Counted from the stretch's first letter, positions 41,007 through 54,097 are shown. The stretch: 64,000 nt of DNA from Octopus vulgaris (GCA_951406725.2 OX597816.1:86552001-86616000); one strand, 5' to 3'. Numbers and translations are program-made. The notes: generated by a model from the letters alone, not told the origin.

Positions 41007-41146
41007 GGTCATAGTCGGGGAGTCGATCATAGACACGCATAAATGTAGACAAACACATATATAGGACGGGTTTCTTTCAGTTTCCATCTACAACTCCACT
41101 TCGATCGGCCCGAAGTTATAGTAGAAGACTCTTGCCTAAGGTGCTG
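41007..41146 (-). mobile_element. SINE family A internal fragment, inverted partner of 44543-44678
   Basis: Reverse complement: caccttaggcaagagtcttctactataacttcgggccgatcgaag...gtctacatttatgcgtgt...tgatcgactccccgac. Confidence 0.85.
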
Positions 41147-41689
41147 TACCCTAACACTGACCATTGGTTTTTCTGCGTACCATCGCTAATATAGTTTTTC
41201 CTCATATGAACATGAGTTAGTTCATCCATAACTTAGACGTTGAAAAGTGCAACTTACACTGGATAATAGTAGATGGGAGAACCGTAGAGAAAAGATGGTT
41301 CCACACTCCTGAAAACTCTGAAAATCCAGAACTAAATCCTCCTACCGGATTCCATTTAGTCATGTTCAGGGTATCATACATCCATCCATCTGTACATACA
41401 TTCATACACACATACATGCAAACATGCTTACATATATGCATTCATACATTTGTACACACATGCATGCATACACGCATACATGCATTCATTCATGCATATA
41501 TGCATGCAGAATACACACTTGTATACATGCATTCATGCATACATACATACATATATACATACATATATACATACATATATACGCACGTTCACACAACACA
41601 CACACACACATATGTGTGTGTGTGTGTGTAATATTTTTCAGTTTAGTTCCAATAAAAAAGTTTTGCATTAATCTGGTGTAACCTGATAA

Positions 41690-41962
41690 TTAGGATTAGG
41701 TACCTTGACTATTATGTCTATGGTTCCTCTGTATGCGTTACTTACTTTTTCACTTTTGTGTATCTCAGGAATACCGTAGAATTGACTGGATTTGCTATTG
41801 AAGTTAGTCTGCATAGGTTTAACGTTGTTTTTAGGCGTCTCATTATTTTCTGCTGCCTGTAGTGTTGTAACTTTTCATAATATGTGGTGTCTTCTAATAT
41901 GGATAGTACTAGGGTTATAAGTAAAACGTGTTCATTAAGACTACTGCACTCCCTTTATCAGT
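41690..41962 (-). mobile_element. Penelope RT N-terminal fragment (inverted)
   Basis: TDKGSAVVLMN...ILEDTTYYEKL...SSQFYGIPEIHKS corresponds to the PLE ADKG and FYGLPKIHK motifs. Confidence 0.85.
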
Positions 41963-42716
41963 CATGGGGTGCCTAGAAATAAATCTTTATTGTAATGTAC
42001 TAGGAAAAATATATTCTACTTGTACATACAAAATAACTGAAAAGGGTATCTAAATGACTGCTTCATTCTTTGGCATGAAGGTATAGAGAGACTTAAAGAA
42101 TTTCAAGCACTTCTAAATGGACTTGACATAAACATTCAATTTACGATGGAATATGGATATCGAAACTCCCATTCCTCATTAAGAAATCCAACAACAAAAC
42201 AGAAGCAGACATATACTATAAGCCCACGGACTCCAAACAATATCTGCCGTTCAAATCATGTCACCTAAGATACACTAGAATGAATATCTCTTACAACCTG
42301 GCAAAAAGGGTTTTATACTATAGTATTTGATACAACCACCAGGGACAAACGTCTACTTGAGCTAAAGGATACATTCATCAGCAAAACCTACCTACCATCA
42401 CTAACTGATATAGGCCTTCAAGGTGCCCAACAATTCAGCATCTACGAACTCAGACACCCCACATTATAGAAGGATTTACAACCATAAGCCCTACCATACA
42501 AATTCACGCACAACCCCCTTCGACACCATCCTTCAGAGATTTCGTTACTAAAACGGGCCTAAGTACACTGTTCAGCAACATTGAAACCGACAGTAAAAAA
42601 AATGCGGAAGACCTAACAGTGAAATATATGTTCCGAACTAATCGAGGAACCGGAATTTTCCTTCAAATAGGGTCAACGATTTACAGTGAAAAACGTCTTA
42701 ACATGTGCTTCGGAAA

Positions 42717-42760
<44 letters not shown>

Positions 42761-43230
42761 CGTGCTCAGGGTATCGAGAACTATACATTGGTCAAACTAA
42801 AAACAGACTACGCCAGAAGATGATGGCACATAGATCCCAGATTAAAATACGTGAATACAGATAACAGCTTAAGCGGATTAAGCGGACACATCGGTATTTG
42901 CGCCAGTAACGAACAAACCAGCTTTAGAATTTTCCCCCACTATAAATTCATGGATAATGCAAATTATAATCTGCGCCTTAGCAAAGAAGAATATTTTATC
43001 GCAAAATATAGAACTCTTTTGAATGCATCCACCACAGATGAAACTATTGCAAGAATATAGAACAATCTCGACCACTACTGCTACGATCACAACAGGTCAA
43101 TTTTAGGTCATTTGACCATTAAAGATTCCATGAATAGTCTAGTGTCACACCAATTCTGTATTTTCTTTTCTTTCCCCTTCTTCCTCTTCTTTCCCTATTC
43201 TTACTTCTCTTCTTCTTCTTCTTCTTCTTC

Positions 43231-43314
<84 letters not shown>

Positions 43315-43650
43315 TTTTTCTTCTTTTTCTTTTCCACCTTCTTCTCCTCTCTCGGCTGCTCCTGCTTAAACCATCAATTCTTTGTAGTCATAAAGCTATT
43401 TCTTCAGTTTTGTAACTACCTACAGAGGAAGAGACACAGACAAAAAGACTATGGAAATATTTACAAAACGTTTCACTTGCATTTTTTTGTGACAATTTAA
43501 CTGCTTTTCTTATTTTACTCTTAGTTGAAAAAGTCTAAGTGTCGGAAACCGGTACAAAATGTAATTCATGATAAAATTATTTTAGCATTTTCTACCTTGT
43601 CTTATTTCCCTTATCCATATCAACTGGTGTGTTAGTTTTCTACCTTCTAC
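41963..43650 (+). mobile_element. Penelope-like element: RT core/thumb, GIY-YIG and pLTR (decayed)
   Basis: VMGCLE; GYLNDCFILW...LNGLDINIQFTME; DIYYKPTDSKQYLPFKSCH; ISYNLAKR; (IY)nILTCSGYRELYIGQTKNRLRQKMMAHRSQI; LSGHI...KEEYFIAKY. A hammerhead-like cAGAGGA...GAAACCGGTA lies at 43423-43554. Confidence 0.92.
43207..43313. repeat. (TTC)n(TTA)n microsatellite within the PLE 3' region
   Basis: Direct runs. Confidence 0.95.
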
Positions 43651-43752
43651 ACACATACACACACGCACACACACACACATATATAAATATATATATACGT
43701 CACTAAAGTGAACAAGTGCACTGATCAGCACCAGCATTGCTAGAGATAGATG

Positions 43753-43786
<34 letters not shown>

Positions 43787-43810
43787 CGTGCGCGCGTGTG
43801 TGTGTGTGTA

Positions 43811-43864
<54 letters not shown>

Positions 43865-44470
43865 GAGTATTTGCCTTCAGAAAACCCAAAATGGCATGTA
43901 ATGGTATGTAAGTGCTACGGGAGGACTGTAGTTAGACCCTCGGTTCGATAATAATACGAATGAGATGTCTAATGCAGGTCTTGTGTGCACATGTACATAT
44001 TAAGTAAAATGACACACCAAAACCATGTCTGGAATTTATAGGGCATTTAAAGAACATGTGCAGATCTTTCTGAAATATTAGGTATATCTCTTCAAAAGAA
44101 ATGGTATGAGAGGGTGATAGTAGAGTTCAATATAAGGGGTTATTTTGGAAATGAATAGATATATGAAGTATAAAGGGAAATAAGAGAATATGTGTGTACG
44201 TACACTCATAGATACACTTCCGAAAATACAGAGTTACACAACCATCATTTTCTCGAACCAACTATTCTTCAACACAGGATTTTTTAGATACGTGTGAGCG
44301 TTTGTGCTAATTTACTTTTGCATACGGGTGTATATAACTGTACACGTATGGGTGTATAGGTATTAGGAATGTATATACAAATCATAAGCTAGTTGGGGTT
44401 TATATATACTTTCTACTCAGTTACAAAAAACAGTAGAACCATCTTCCAGATTGGAGATTGTATCTAAAGA

Positions 44471-44858
44471 GCGCAGGCGTGGATTTGTGGTAAGAAGCTT
44501 GCTTCTCAACCACTCGGTTCCGGCATCAAACCCATTGCATAGTACCTTGGGCAAGAGTCTTCTACTATAACGTCGGGCCGATCGAAGCCTTGTAGACGGA
44601 AAATGAAAGAAGTCCGTCGTATATGTGTGTGTCTACATTTATGCGTGTGTGTCTGTGATCGACTCCCCGACCATGACTTGACAACTGATGTTGGTGTATT
44701 TACATCCCTGTAACTTAGCGAGTCAGCAAAAGACCAATAGATTAGGATTACAAAGAATAAGACTTGGTGTTCATTTCTTCGACTATAAACTTTTTAAGGT
44801 GGTATTCCATCTTGGCCGCTGTGAAAATGACTGAAACAAGTAAAAGAATAAAAGAGTA
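44471..44858 (+). mobile_element. SINE family A, full length
   Basis: Head gcgcaggcgtgg...gtggtaagaagcttgcttc and tail ggtggtattccatcttggccgc...tgactgaaacaagtaaaagaataaaag. Confidence 0.9.
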
Positions 44859-45143
44859 AAAAATATGTATGCATCTCTAGCCGGAAATTGTGTGAGGTTG
44901 TACGTACGTACGTACAGCTGGTTACTTTGTTGATGAATGCCCCCTTACACGAGTTCATAACGAGATTTATATATTCCTTTAAAAGTATATCTTTGTACAT
45001 GGCAATGTTTTCCGATACATGTCTGACACAACAGATTAGATAGAAACGAATTGCAGGATTATGACGTTTTGGTGGGAGCTCTAGTGATTGTAGTGATAAA
45101 ATGAATGGTTCATTTTATTGCTAAGATTATTTATGGTAAGTAA

Positions 45144-45328
45144 GGCGTTGAGCTAACAAAATGCTTATCAGTATTTCGCCAGTCGATACATTCTGAGTTC
45201 AAATTCCACCGAGGTTGACTTTGCCTTTCACCCTTTCGGGATCGATAAATTCAGTACCAGTGAAATGCGGATCGATGCAATCGACTAATCCCCTCCCCCA
45301 AAATTGTGTGCCCTTAGTAGAAAGGATT
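45144..45328 (+). mobile_element. SINE family C
   Basis: ttctgagttcaaattccaccgaggttgactttgcctttcaccctttcgggatcgataaattcagtaccag. Confidence 0.85.
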
Positions 45329-45870
45329 TTTTTTTTTTTGGCAAGTTTTAGTGGAAGGAGTTTTTATGCTTAGCCGTTGTAGCAATTTCTAGGGTTAAAA
45401 CGTCTTTCAGTTTTAACTATCGTGTATGTTGATCTTTGCAGTCGGAAAGTGTATACATACCACTTATCATTCAAAACGATCCCTTGAGCTATTTTCTTAC
45501 ATTCACCTGATATTTATCCATATATTCCAAAGTACATACCTCTTTCCTTTTACAATATATACGTTACTAATTAGAATAGAGATGGCTGCTACTGTATATG
45601 ATTTGCAGATATTTAGCAAGTTTGAAGCACATCCATTGCTTTCAACTGTTAACAATGAAGAACAATCTCACATTGATTGTAATATCTTACTTGTAAAAAG
45701 CTTAGATCAGCCGATAGCGGTTTCATTATATCTCGCAACTGTTGATTTTAAATTTAACACACTCTGAATTGTTTCTTTTCTCTTTTCTTTTTTCTTTTCT
45801 CTTCTTTTTTTATATTTTGACTTATTGCAAATGTCATCTGTTGATACATTTTCTAGATTCGTATGCGTAA

Positions 45871-45905
<35 letters not shown>

Positions 45906-46076
45906 AATATTAGGGAATAAATCCAAATTTACAGGGAAAAATCAGATTTAGGATTAAATCCAATTTTATAGTAAAATATTATATAATATTATTAGAGACA
46001 AAACCACTATTTTGCAAAACAAACAAGGAAAGACTTAATCAATACATAAAATTTTAATAAAAAGTCAAAAAAACCG

Positions 46077-46119
46077 CCACTACAATTGTTTCTTGTCTTG
46101 ATCGACAATCTTCAGGTGG
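46077..46119 (-). ncRNA. Apparently intact minimal type I hammerhead ribozyme
   Basis: ccac CTGAAGA ttgtc gatcaa gacaa GAAA C AATT G TA gtgg. All core nucleotides are present, with a perfect 5 bp stem II, a 4 bp stem I and a palindromic loop 3. Confidence 0.82.
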
Positions 46120-46360
46120 ACTTCCAATCTAAAATATCAATATTTTAAAATATAAAAATAATAATTTAAAAATAATTAAAGTATTAATGAAAAAATATAA
46201 ATATATAATCTATTTATAACCTATATATAATCCATATATAATCAATATATAAACAATATATAAACTAAGATAAACCTATCAACAATTAAATATAAAATAT
46301 AAAATATAAAATATAAAATATAAAACAAAACAAAAAATAAACTATATATACACCCATAGA

Positions 46361-46562
46361 GGCGCAATGGCCTAGTGGTTAGGGCAGCGGACTCGCGGTC
46401 GCAGGATCGCGGTTTCGATTCTCAGACCGGGCGTTGTGTGTGTTTATTGAGCGAAAACACCTAAAAGCTCTACGAGGCTCCGGCAGGGGGTGGTGATCCC
46501 TGCTGTACTCTTTCACCACAATGGCGGTGCCCCAGCATGGCCACAGCTCAAGAGCTGAAACT
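46361..46562 (+). mobile_element. Chimeric SINE: family B head fused to the CR1-LINE-type 3' tail
   Basis: Family B sequence runs to ...ctctttcaccacaa (46521), then ggcggtgccccagcatggccacagctcaagagctgaaact. Confidence 0.85.
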
Positions 46563-49500
46563 GGAAAAACAAAACAAAACAATACACATATAACTAATTA
46601 TATATAACCATATCTAAATACATACACTAAATCACACACCTATATATATATCCCTATACATACACATAAAAACGTCTAGGCAACGATAAATAAATAAAAT
46701 AGCTAAATACTTCAACACAATACTTATTCATACTCCCTGACACACACATACAACCCACATTCCCGCTCTAGAAACGGACATCACTTAAAATTACGAACGG
46801 AGAAATGGAATAAATGGAATTAAAAACTATATTCACTTGGTAAAACTAACACTACTTAAAAATTATGAATGAAATAATGCAATAAAACAACAGACATCGC
46901 AAATAGACACAAATTACTACGAATTCCTTAACAAAACTACCATGATAAACCAAAACTCATAAAAACATATAATGATAAAATCTCCCTTTACTAAACTCTA
47001 TAACATACCTATATAGCAATCCCCCTAACCTAAACATTCACACACAAATACACACATGTAAACCACGCACCCACGACATATACAAATACCCACCCCACTT
47101 ACACATACCTATACATACATATAAACCTCAACATATACTCCAAAAACCCACTCAACCCCACACAGACAAATAAACACATACATCCCCAAACCTAAATAGC
47201 AAACCCATAAACACATTCACACACAAATATACATACGTAAAACACACACCATATACATATACATACTCACCAAACTCGACATATACAACAATATTAACAC
47301 ACCCACATTCATACAGATAAACAAACTACACAACCAAAATACGCACACACTCACACACAATCCCACATACATAAACACTCCAAAGAAAAACAACATTATT
47401 ACACATAATACGATATATAAAATACATCGTAAGTAACCAGAATATCAAAAATAACAATATGACATAAGGAGAAATAATATACATACTTTCAAGTCAGTTT
47501 CAAATTATGAAGTGAAATTAAATTCTAATCCGTTAAAAACATCAAACCAAATTACGTTACCATAGGAACATAACTTATGTATAAAAAGAATACGCGCTAT
47601 GGAAGCAAACCTCACTTAAAATTATGAATGGAGAAATAGAATAAATGGAATTAAAAATTATATACACGCGGTAAACCAACATTATTTAAAAAATTATGAA
47701 TGGATTCTTTTATAAAACTACCATGATAAACTAAAACTCACAAAAACATAAATGATAAAACCTCCCTTTACTAAACCCTATAACATACTTATATAGCAAT
47801 CCCTTTAACCTATACATTCACACACAAATACACACACGTAAACCACACACCCATAACAAATACAAACACCCACCCCACTCACACACACCCACAAGTACAT
47901 AAATACATATAAGCCTCAACATATACACAAAACAAAATTACGTTACCAAGGAACTTAACATATGTATAAAAAGTATTCCCGCTCTGGAAACGAACATCTT
48001 TTAAAATTATGAATGGAGAAATGGAATAAATGGAATTAAAAATAATATTCACGTGGCAAAACGAACACCACTCAAAAATTATGAATGAAACAATGTAATA
48101 AAACAACAAACATCGTAAATAGACAAATTACCACGAATTCCCTAAAAAAACCATGATAAACCAAAACTCATAAAAACATATAACGATAAAATCTCCCTTT
48201 GCTAAACTCTATAACAAACCTATATAGCAATCCCCCTAACCTAAACATTCACACACAAATACACACACGTAAATCACAGACCCACGACTTATACAAATAC
48301 CCACCTCACTCACACATACCTATACTAACTTATAAACCTCAATATACACCAAAAACCCACTCCCTCCCCACACAGACAAATTAACACATACATCCCCAAC
48401 CTATATAACAAACCCATATACACATTCACACACAAACACACACACACGCAAAACACACACACACAACAGATACATATACTCCCTCACATATACGCATATA
48501 CATACTCACTAAACTCGATATATACAACAATATTTACACACCCACACTCATACAGATAAATAAATTATACAACTAAAAAACGCACACACTCACACACAAT
48601 CTCACATACATAAACACTCCAATAAAAACAACATTAAATACATCGTAATTAACCAGAATATCAAAAATAACAATATGACATAAGGAGAAATAAAATACAT
48701 ACTTACAAGTCAGCTTCAAATTATGAAGTGAAATTAAATTCTAAGCCGTTAAAAAAATCAAACCAAAATTACGTTACCATAGAAACATAACTTATGTATA
48801 AAAAGAATACGCGCCATGGAAAGCAAACGTCATTTAAAATTATGAATGGAGAAATAGAATAAATGGAACTAAAAACTATATCCACGTGGCAAACCAACAA
48901 TACTTAAAAAAATTATTATGAATGGATTCTTTAATAAAACTACCATGATAAATTATTATATGCATTTATGAGCTTTAGCTCATCTTGGCAGCTCTAACAA
49001 ACAATTTGCAGTAACCCACGTCTATTTTTGATGCCTGCCATTCCACTACACTATTCCATTCCCAATTCTAAGCAACGCTAGCCCACCACCCGGTTAGAGT
49101 TCCCAACTCCACCCATTCATTCACAATTTCAACGACGTTCGCCTCCACAGCGCTACGTATGAGCCTCAATATATACACCGGTGATTCGCTTCCACATCCG
49201 TGCGGATGGGTGAGAGTATGCATTGAGTGTAGTGATGGGGCTCCCTTTGCTATGCACATTTTTACCTGTGTGGTAGTCTCCATATGTATATTCACGCACG
49301 GGTATAAGTGCGGGGGTATACGCGCACGGCATGTGCGTGTACCCCCTCACATGTACATGTGCATGCTTGTTGGGCTCGATATGTGCAACGGTGTGTTCGC
49401 GCCCGCATACATGCAGATGGGCGAATTGCACAAACAAAATACGCACACGTGTGTGTGTGCGTTTTTTGGTTGTGAAGTTCACCCATCTGGGTGTGAGTGG

Positions 49501-49840
49501 GTGTGAGCGTATTGCCGTGGATGTCGAGCTTGATACGTATGTATATGAGTGTGTTTTGGGGGGGTTGTACGTATGTGTTGTGTGCATGTGCTTCGCGCAC
49601 GTGCGTCCGTGTATGGATAAATATATGGGGATTGCTATGTGGGTGTAAATTGGGTATGGAGGGGGGGAGTTTTTGTCATTGTATGGGTGTGGGTTTCATT
49701 TGTGATGGTGGTTTGTTGGTGATTTGTGGTATGTTCTGTATATTTGGGTTAGTTATGTATTGTTCTTGTGTGTATAATTGTATACATGTATGATTGGTGT
49801 GAGTGGGATTGTTTTGCAAAATAGTGGTTTTGTCTCTAAT

Positions 49841-49871
<31 letters not shown>

Positions 49872-49909
49872 TATATGTATATATATATATATATATATAT
49901 ACATATGTG

Positions 49910-49943
<34 letters not shown>

Positions 49944-52072
49944 TATAGATAGATAGATATATAGATAGATAGATAGATTGATAGATAGATATACAGATAG
50001 ACAGATATACATATGTATACGTATGGTATTTATGTATGTACCATTGTTGTACTGAAATGATTAATTAACTAAACTGAAATGTCTAAATTTGAAGTGTTTG
50101 ATATTTTTTGATTCTATAAAAAATGTATGCATATACAGACATTTTTGTGCCTTTTATAAAATTTCTACAAATATTTCTTCTTTTAATTTTCGCTTATGTT
50201 ATCTAATCTTTGTGCTTTGAAGTGTTATCGCGGGTGGAATGGAAGATATACCCGACAGACAATTAGAAATTTATTTACGTTTGTTTTTTGGTATGGAATT
50301 TTACAGTTTGTTGAACATCGGGAATGACAGAATTTCCACTTCTGTGTCTCTCTCCCTCACTCATTCTCAGTCTAAATTCCCCTCCTTACGTGTGTGTGAT
50401 TGCCGCCATTTTCAATGACGTCATTTATGTATGCCCTCTTTTTCCTTTCTTCAACGCCTATCATCAATATATCTATTATTGAATACGAGCCTGCAGACAT
50501 ACGGTAGCATACATATGTGCCCCCACCGAAAAAATATTCTTTCATTAATCTATACATCATGCAAATACGATATGCACAGCTATAAACTACAAAGTCACAC
50601 ACACGTATATGTATGTATGCATGCATGTATTTATATATCTATGTATCTAAATGTATATGTATGCATCTCTGTTTGAAAGTCTGTATGTATGTATAAGCAT
50701 GTTTTAATATATGCACATGTTCATACGCATGCATCCATATATGTTTAAGTATGTATGAGTGTGAATAATTGTATGAATAACCCCACATGCGTAGACACGC
50801 CAAGGTTGAGGATTCTCGAATTAACGAAACGAAATTTTAATTAAATCTTTGATCGAAATGTTTGCAGGAAAAAAGGCAGAAAGCAATATAGGTAACAGCT
50901 AATAACAATAACAACAACTAAAATATATCAGAATAAAAGAAAAGGAGGTAAATAAATATAACCAAATATCATACAAAAAATACGTCAATAGTGAAATGAA
51001 AGGAGAGACAAACAATAAATCGTATATAAGCAAACATTAAATAGATAAAATGGCCTTCTTTTAATTAAACAAAGATTTAAGTAACCGATTTCTATTGAGT
51101 CATGCATGTTGTTCAACCGCTGAACATTTATATGCATGTGCACACAATACAATAGTAATGTCTGTGTGTGAAACACTTCCCTCATACTGTATAGCTGTGT
51201 ATGAGTATGTACATGTTCCTGTGCGTGCGTGTGTATGTTTGTGTGCTGTATGATCGCTTTTGTGTAAGTACGTGCATGTATGTGTGTGTGAGTGATCGTG
51301 TTTGTGTGTGTAGATTCACACGTGGATCATTGTCTATTGTTCATTTAACTGTGTAAGTGTTCACTGGATCAGTGGCATGTTTATTTCAGAATAGGCCCAT
51401 TCTAAATATGTTGCTTAACACGTACATACACAGACACCGACATGCGAACACGCATACATATACATACTCAAATATATACATATATGTACATATAATGTAT
51501 TTGTATTTGTTTATGTGAGTGTTTATAGATGTATAGTGTACGTATTTGAGACTTACCTATGTCACCATAAACATATTACATACAGGTTTATAGTATAGTA
51601 TTGTATTATCGACACATGTGAACATATAAGGGATGAATATATAAGATTATACATATAAGATGTTGTTCATTCATCCAACTGCATACATAAATGGATATCA
51701 AGGTCTTTATACTGACTTCAATCTCATATTTATTTTTATTTAAACAGACACTATGTAATGGATATTAACCGATTTGATTAAATATGTTGCATGTTCTTCA
51801 GAATGCGTCTCAGTGTCATGTTTTTCAATTTGTCTGGTCGTTACCATATTTCCTCCTATTGGAAGTTACTGAGGATTTTATTAAAGGAGGAAGTATTGAA
51901 TAATTCAATGCGTTTGGGCAAGAATGAATGGAATTATAGCGTTACTATGGTTGGATTTTCGGAGATAGCTTGCTATCATTGTAGGGTGATCGATTCTCAG
52001 ATTCGAAGACTATGTGCATATAGATTGTAATAAATGGTGAAAATAAGTCAAGTATATCTGTACTTTTGACAT

Positions 52073-52524
52073 GTAGGTGTTGCTGTGTATTAAGAAGCTT
52101 ATTTCCGCACCACATGTTTCTGGAGCAAGTATCTTTAACTATAGCTTCGGGCCGTCCATAACCTTCTGAGTGCATTCGCTAGAGGTTAAACTAAAGGAAG
52201 GCCTTCGCATATATGTACGTTTGTGCGCGTGCGTATGCGTGTATGTGTATGTGTGTGTTTGTGTGTGTATCTGAGTGTATGTGTGAGTATGCGTGTGTAC
52301 GTGAATATCTCTGAGTATATGTATCTTTGCGTAGGTGTTTGTCTCTTACAACCACTTGAAAACCGCTGTTTGTGTGTTTGCATCCCCTTAACCTAGTGGT
52401 CCGGGAAAAGTGACCGGTAGAGTAAGTACCAGTACTGGGGTGGATTCATTCAATTGAAAATTCCTTAAAGCGGTGCTCCAGCATGGCCGTAGTTTTTATG
52501 ACTGAAACAAATAAAAGATAAAAG
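52073..52524 (+). mobile_element. SINE family A, full length, diverged
   Basis: gctgtgtattaagaagctt...actatagcttcgggccg...gcggtgctccagcatggccgtag...tgactgaaacaaataaaag. Confidence 0.85.
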
Positions 52525-53010
52525 TAATTTTATTTCACATCAGCTAGTTGATAATGCTTATGTAGAGATCAAGCAAGAGTGGATACGATGCTTTTATAAA
52601 ATTTTTATTTCAAGCCTTAAAACTCAGCGATTTCTTTAGTAGATTTACTTTGTCACCCTAAACTTAAATACTAAAATCATAGATGAGTCGTTTTCATTTT
52701 ATTTAGGCATAATGATATAAATTAATTAAAGGATTATGCTTATTGCATTTTATCTCCCAGAACCATGTGATTGAGAACAAGTTCCTTGCAAAACAGCCAC
52801 GCATAAGAAATAAATATGAAGTTAATTGCTTAATTATCTTCCCTCCTTGTCTATATAACATTTATTTAATTTGCTAATTAATATATTACGTCAAAGAACA
52901 GTATCAACAGATCACTTCATCAGACACCATTGCGTAAGGAAAGTGCGCATTGATCTGAATAGTGATATACACACGCACACATAACTAGATTCGCGCGTGT
53001 GTATGTATAT

Positions 53011-53079
<69 letters not shown>

Positions 53080-53083
53080 CATA

Positions 53084-53116
<33 letters not shown>

Positions 53117-53349
53117 TTACATATATATATGTATGTGCGTTTATAGTGCGTGCGTGCGTGCGTGTATATGCATGCTTATACCCGAACACATATATTCTTC
53201 TCAGACACTATCTACTTCAGTTAAGGTTGGGCACAGCATATATTTGAGAAATGCGTGGGAGTAAGAAGTAATGTAAGGAGACAAGATTACTTCAGAATTC
53301 ATGGATGTGAGACGGTGAAACATCTTATCCACATTAAGTATTAGTAATC

Positions 53350-53900
53350 TGCTATACATTAATCTTACTAAAAACAACTAACATATAGATGTGTATAACC
53401 TGATAAAGAAAGCTTGGTTTTGTTTCATTCTTAAATAAAGATATTAAAGTGCATACAAATTTTAATAGCATGTTTAGCAACGAACAAACGACCAATGTTT
53501 GCGGGTAAATAGAAAAAATTATGAATAATGGGTATGTTATGTTTATGGTATTCCCTTGGGGCAATAGCTTCAAGTATGTTGCTTTTTAGATTCCTTGGAG
53601 TTTTGAGTAAGAAAACGTTTGCCACACACATATTTGACAAACTGGTTTTTGATTGTGTAAAATTGTTTGTTTTACACTCCTTCTTGTAAACAGTAGATTC
53701 GTTATCATGTGTTCTAAAAATTAATGTGTACTTCTGCCAAACATTTTCTAGACCGTGGCTGCAAGGCATTTCAATGTAGAAAATGGAAATAAATTGAACA
53801 CGGAACAGTATAAATACTGTTTGGTTGTTATATCTTTTAAATTGCATTTCCTCCATATTAACATCTATTTTGTACAAAAATACATAGTTGTGGCATTCAT
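53350..53900 (-). mobile_element. Decayed Penelope-like RT thumb/linker fragment
   Basis: ORF 53431-53877 contains HNIPIIHNFFYLPANIGRLF...KICMHF, which resembles the PLE linker NPPY...TNIGxxF...HF also seen near 3000. Confidence 0.45.
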
Positions 53901-54046
53901 AGTTTTCCCTAAGATTTAATTATCCAGAAAACCTAGAAAACGCTGAACTTGTAGAATTAAAATTAGCATTCCACTCGTTAATACATTGTCTTTAATATAT
54001 ATATACATATATATATATATACATATATATATATGTATATATATAT

Positions 54047-54097
<51 letters not shown>

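Larger units (their letters stand above)
45905..49848 (-). mobile_element. Non-coding PLE-derived element of about 3.9 kb with hammerhead pLTR, internal higher-order duplication and inverted termini
   Basis: 45981-46022 is the reverse complement of 49809-49850. It holds a hammerhead at 46077-46119 and a duplication of about 1.2 kb (46759 vs 47975; 47551 vs 48768), and is flanked by (TA)n. Confidence 0.7.

Noticed and set aside
46759-48950. Repeated blocks as a possible CRISPR-like or spacer array
   Set aside because: The units are hundreds of bp, homologous throughout and lack unique spacers, and the context is eukaryotic.
49068-49793. Overlapping 75-144 aa ORFs in a GC-richer segment
   Set aside because: Cryptic CA/TG repeat sequence inside the PLE-derived element, with no convincing protein family.
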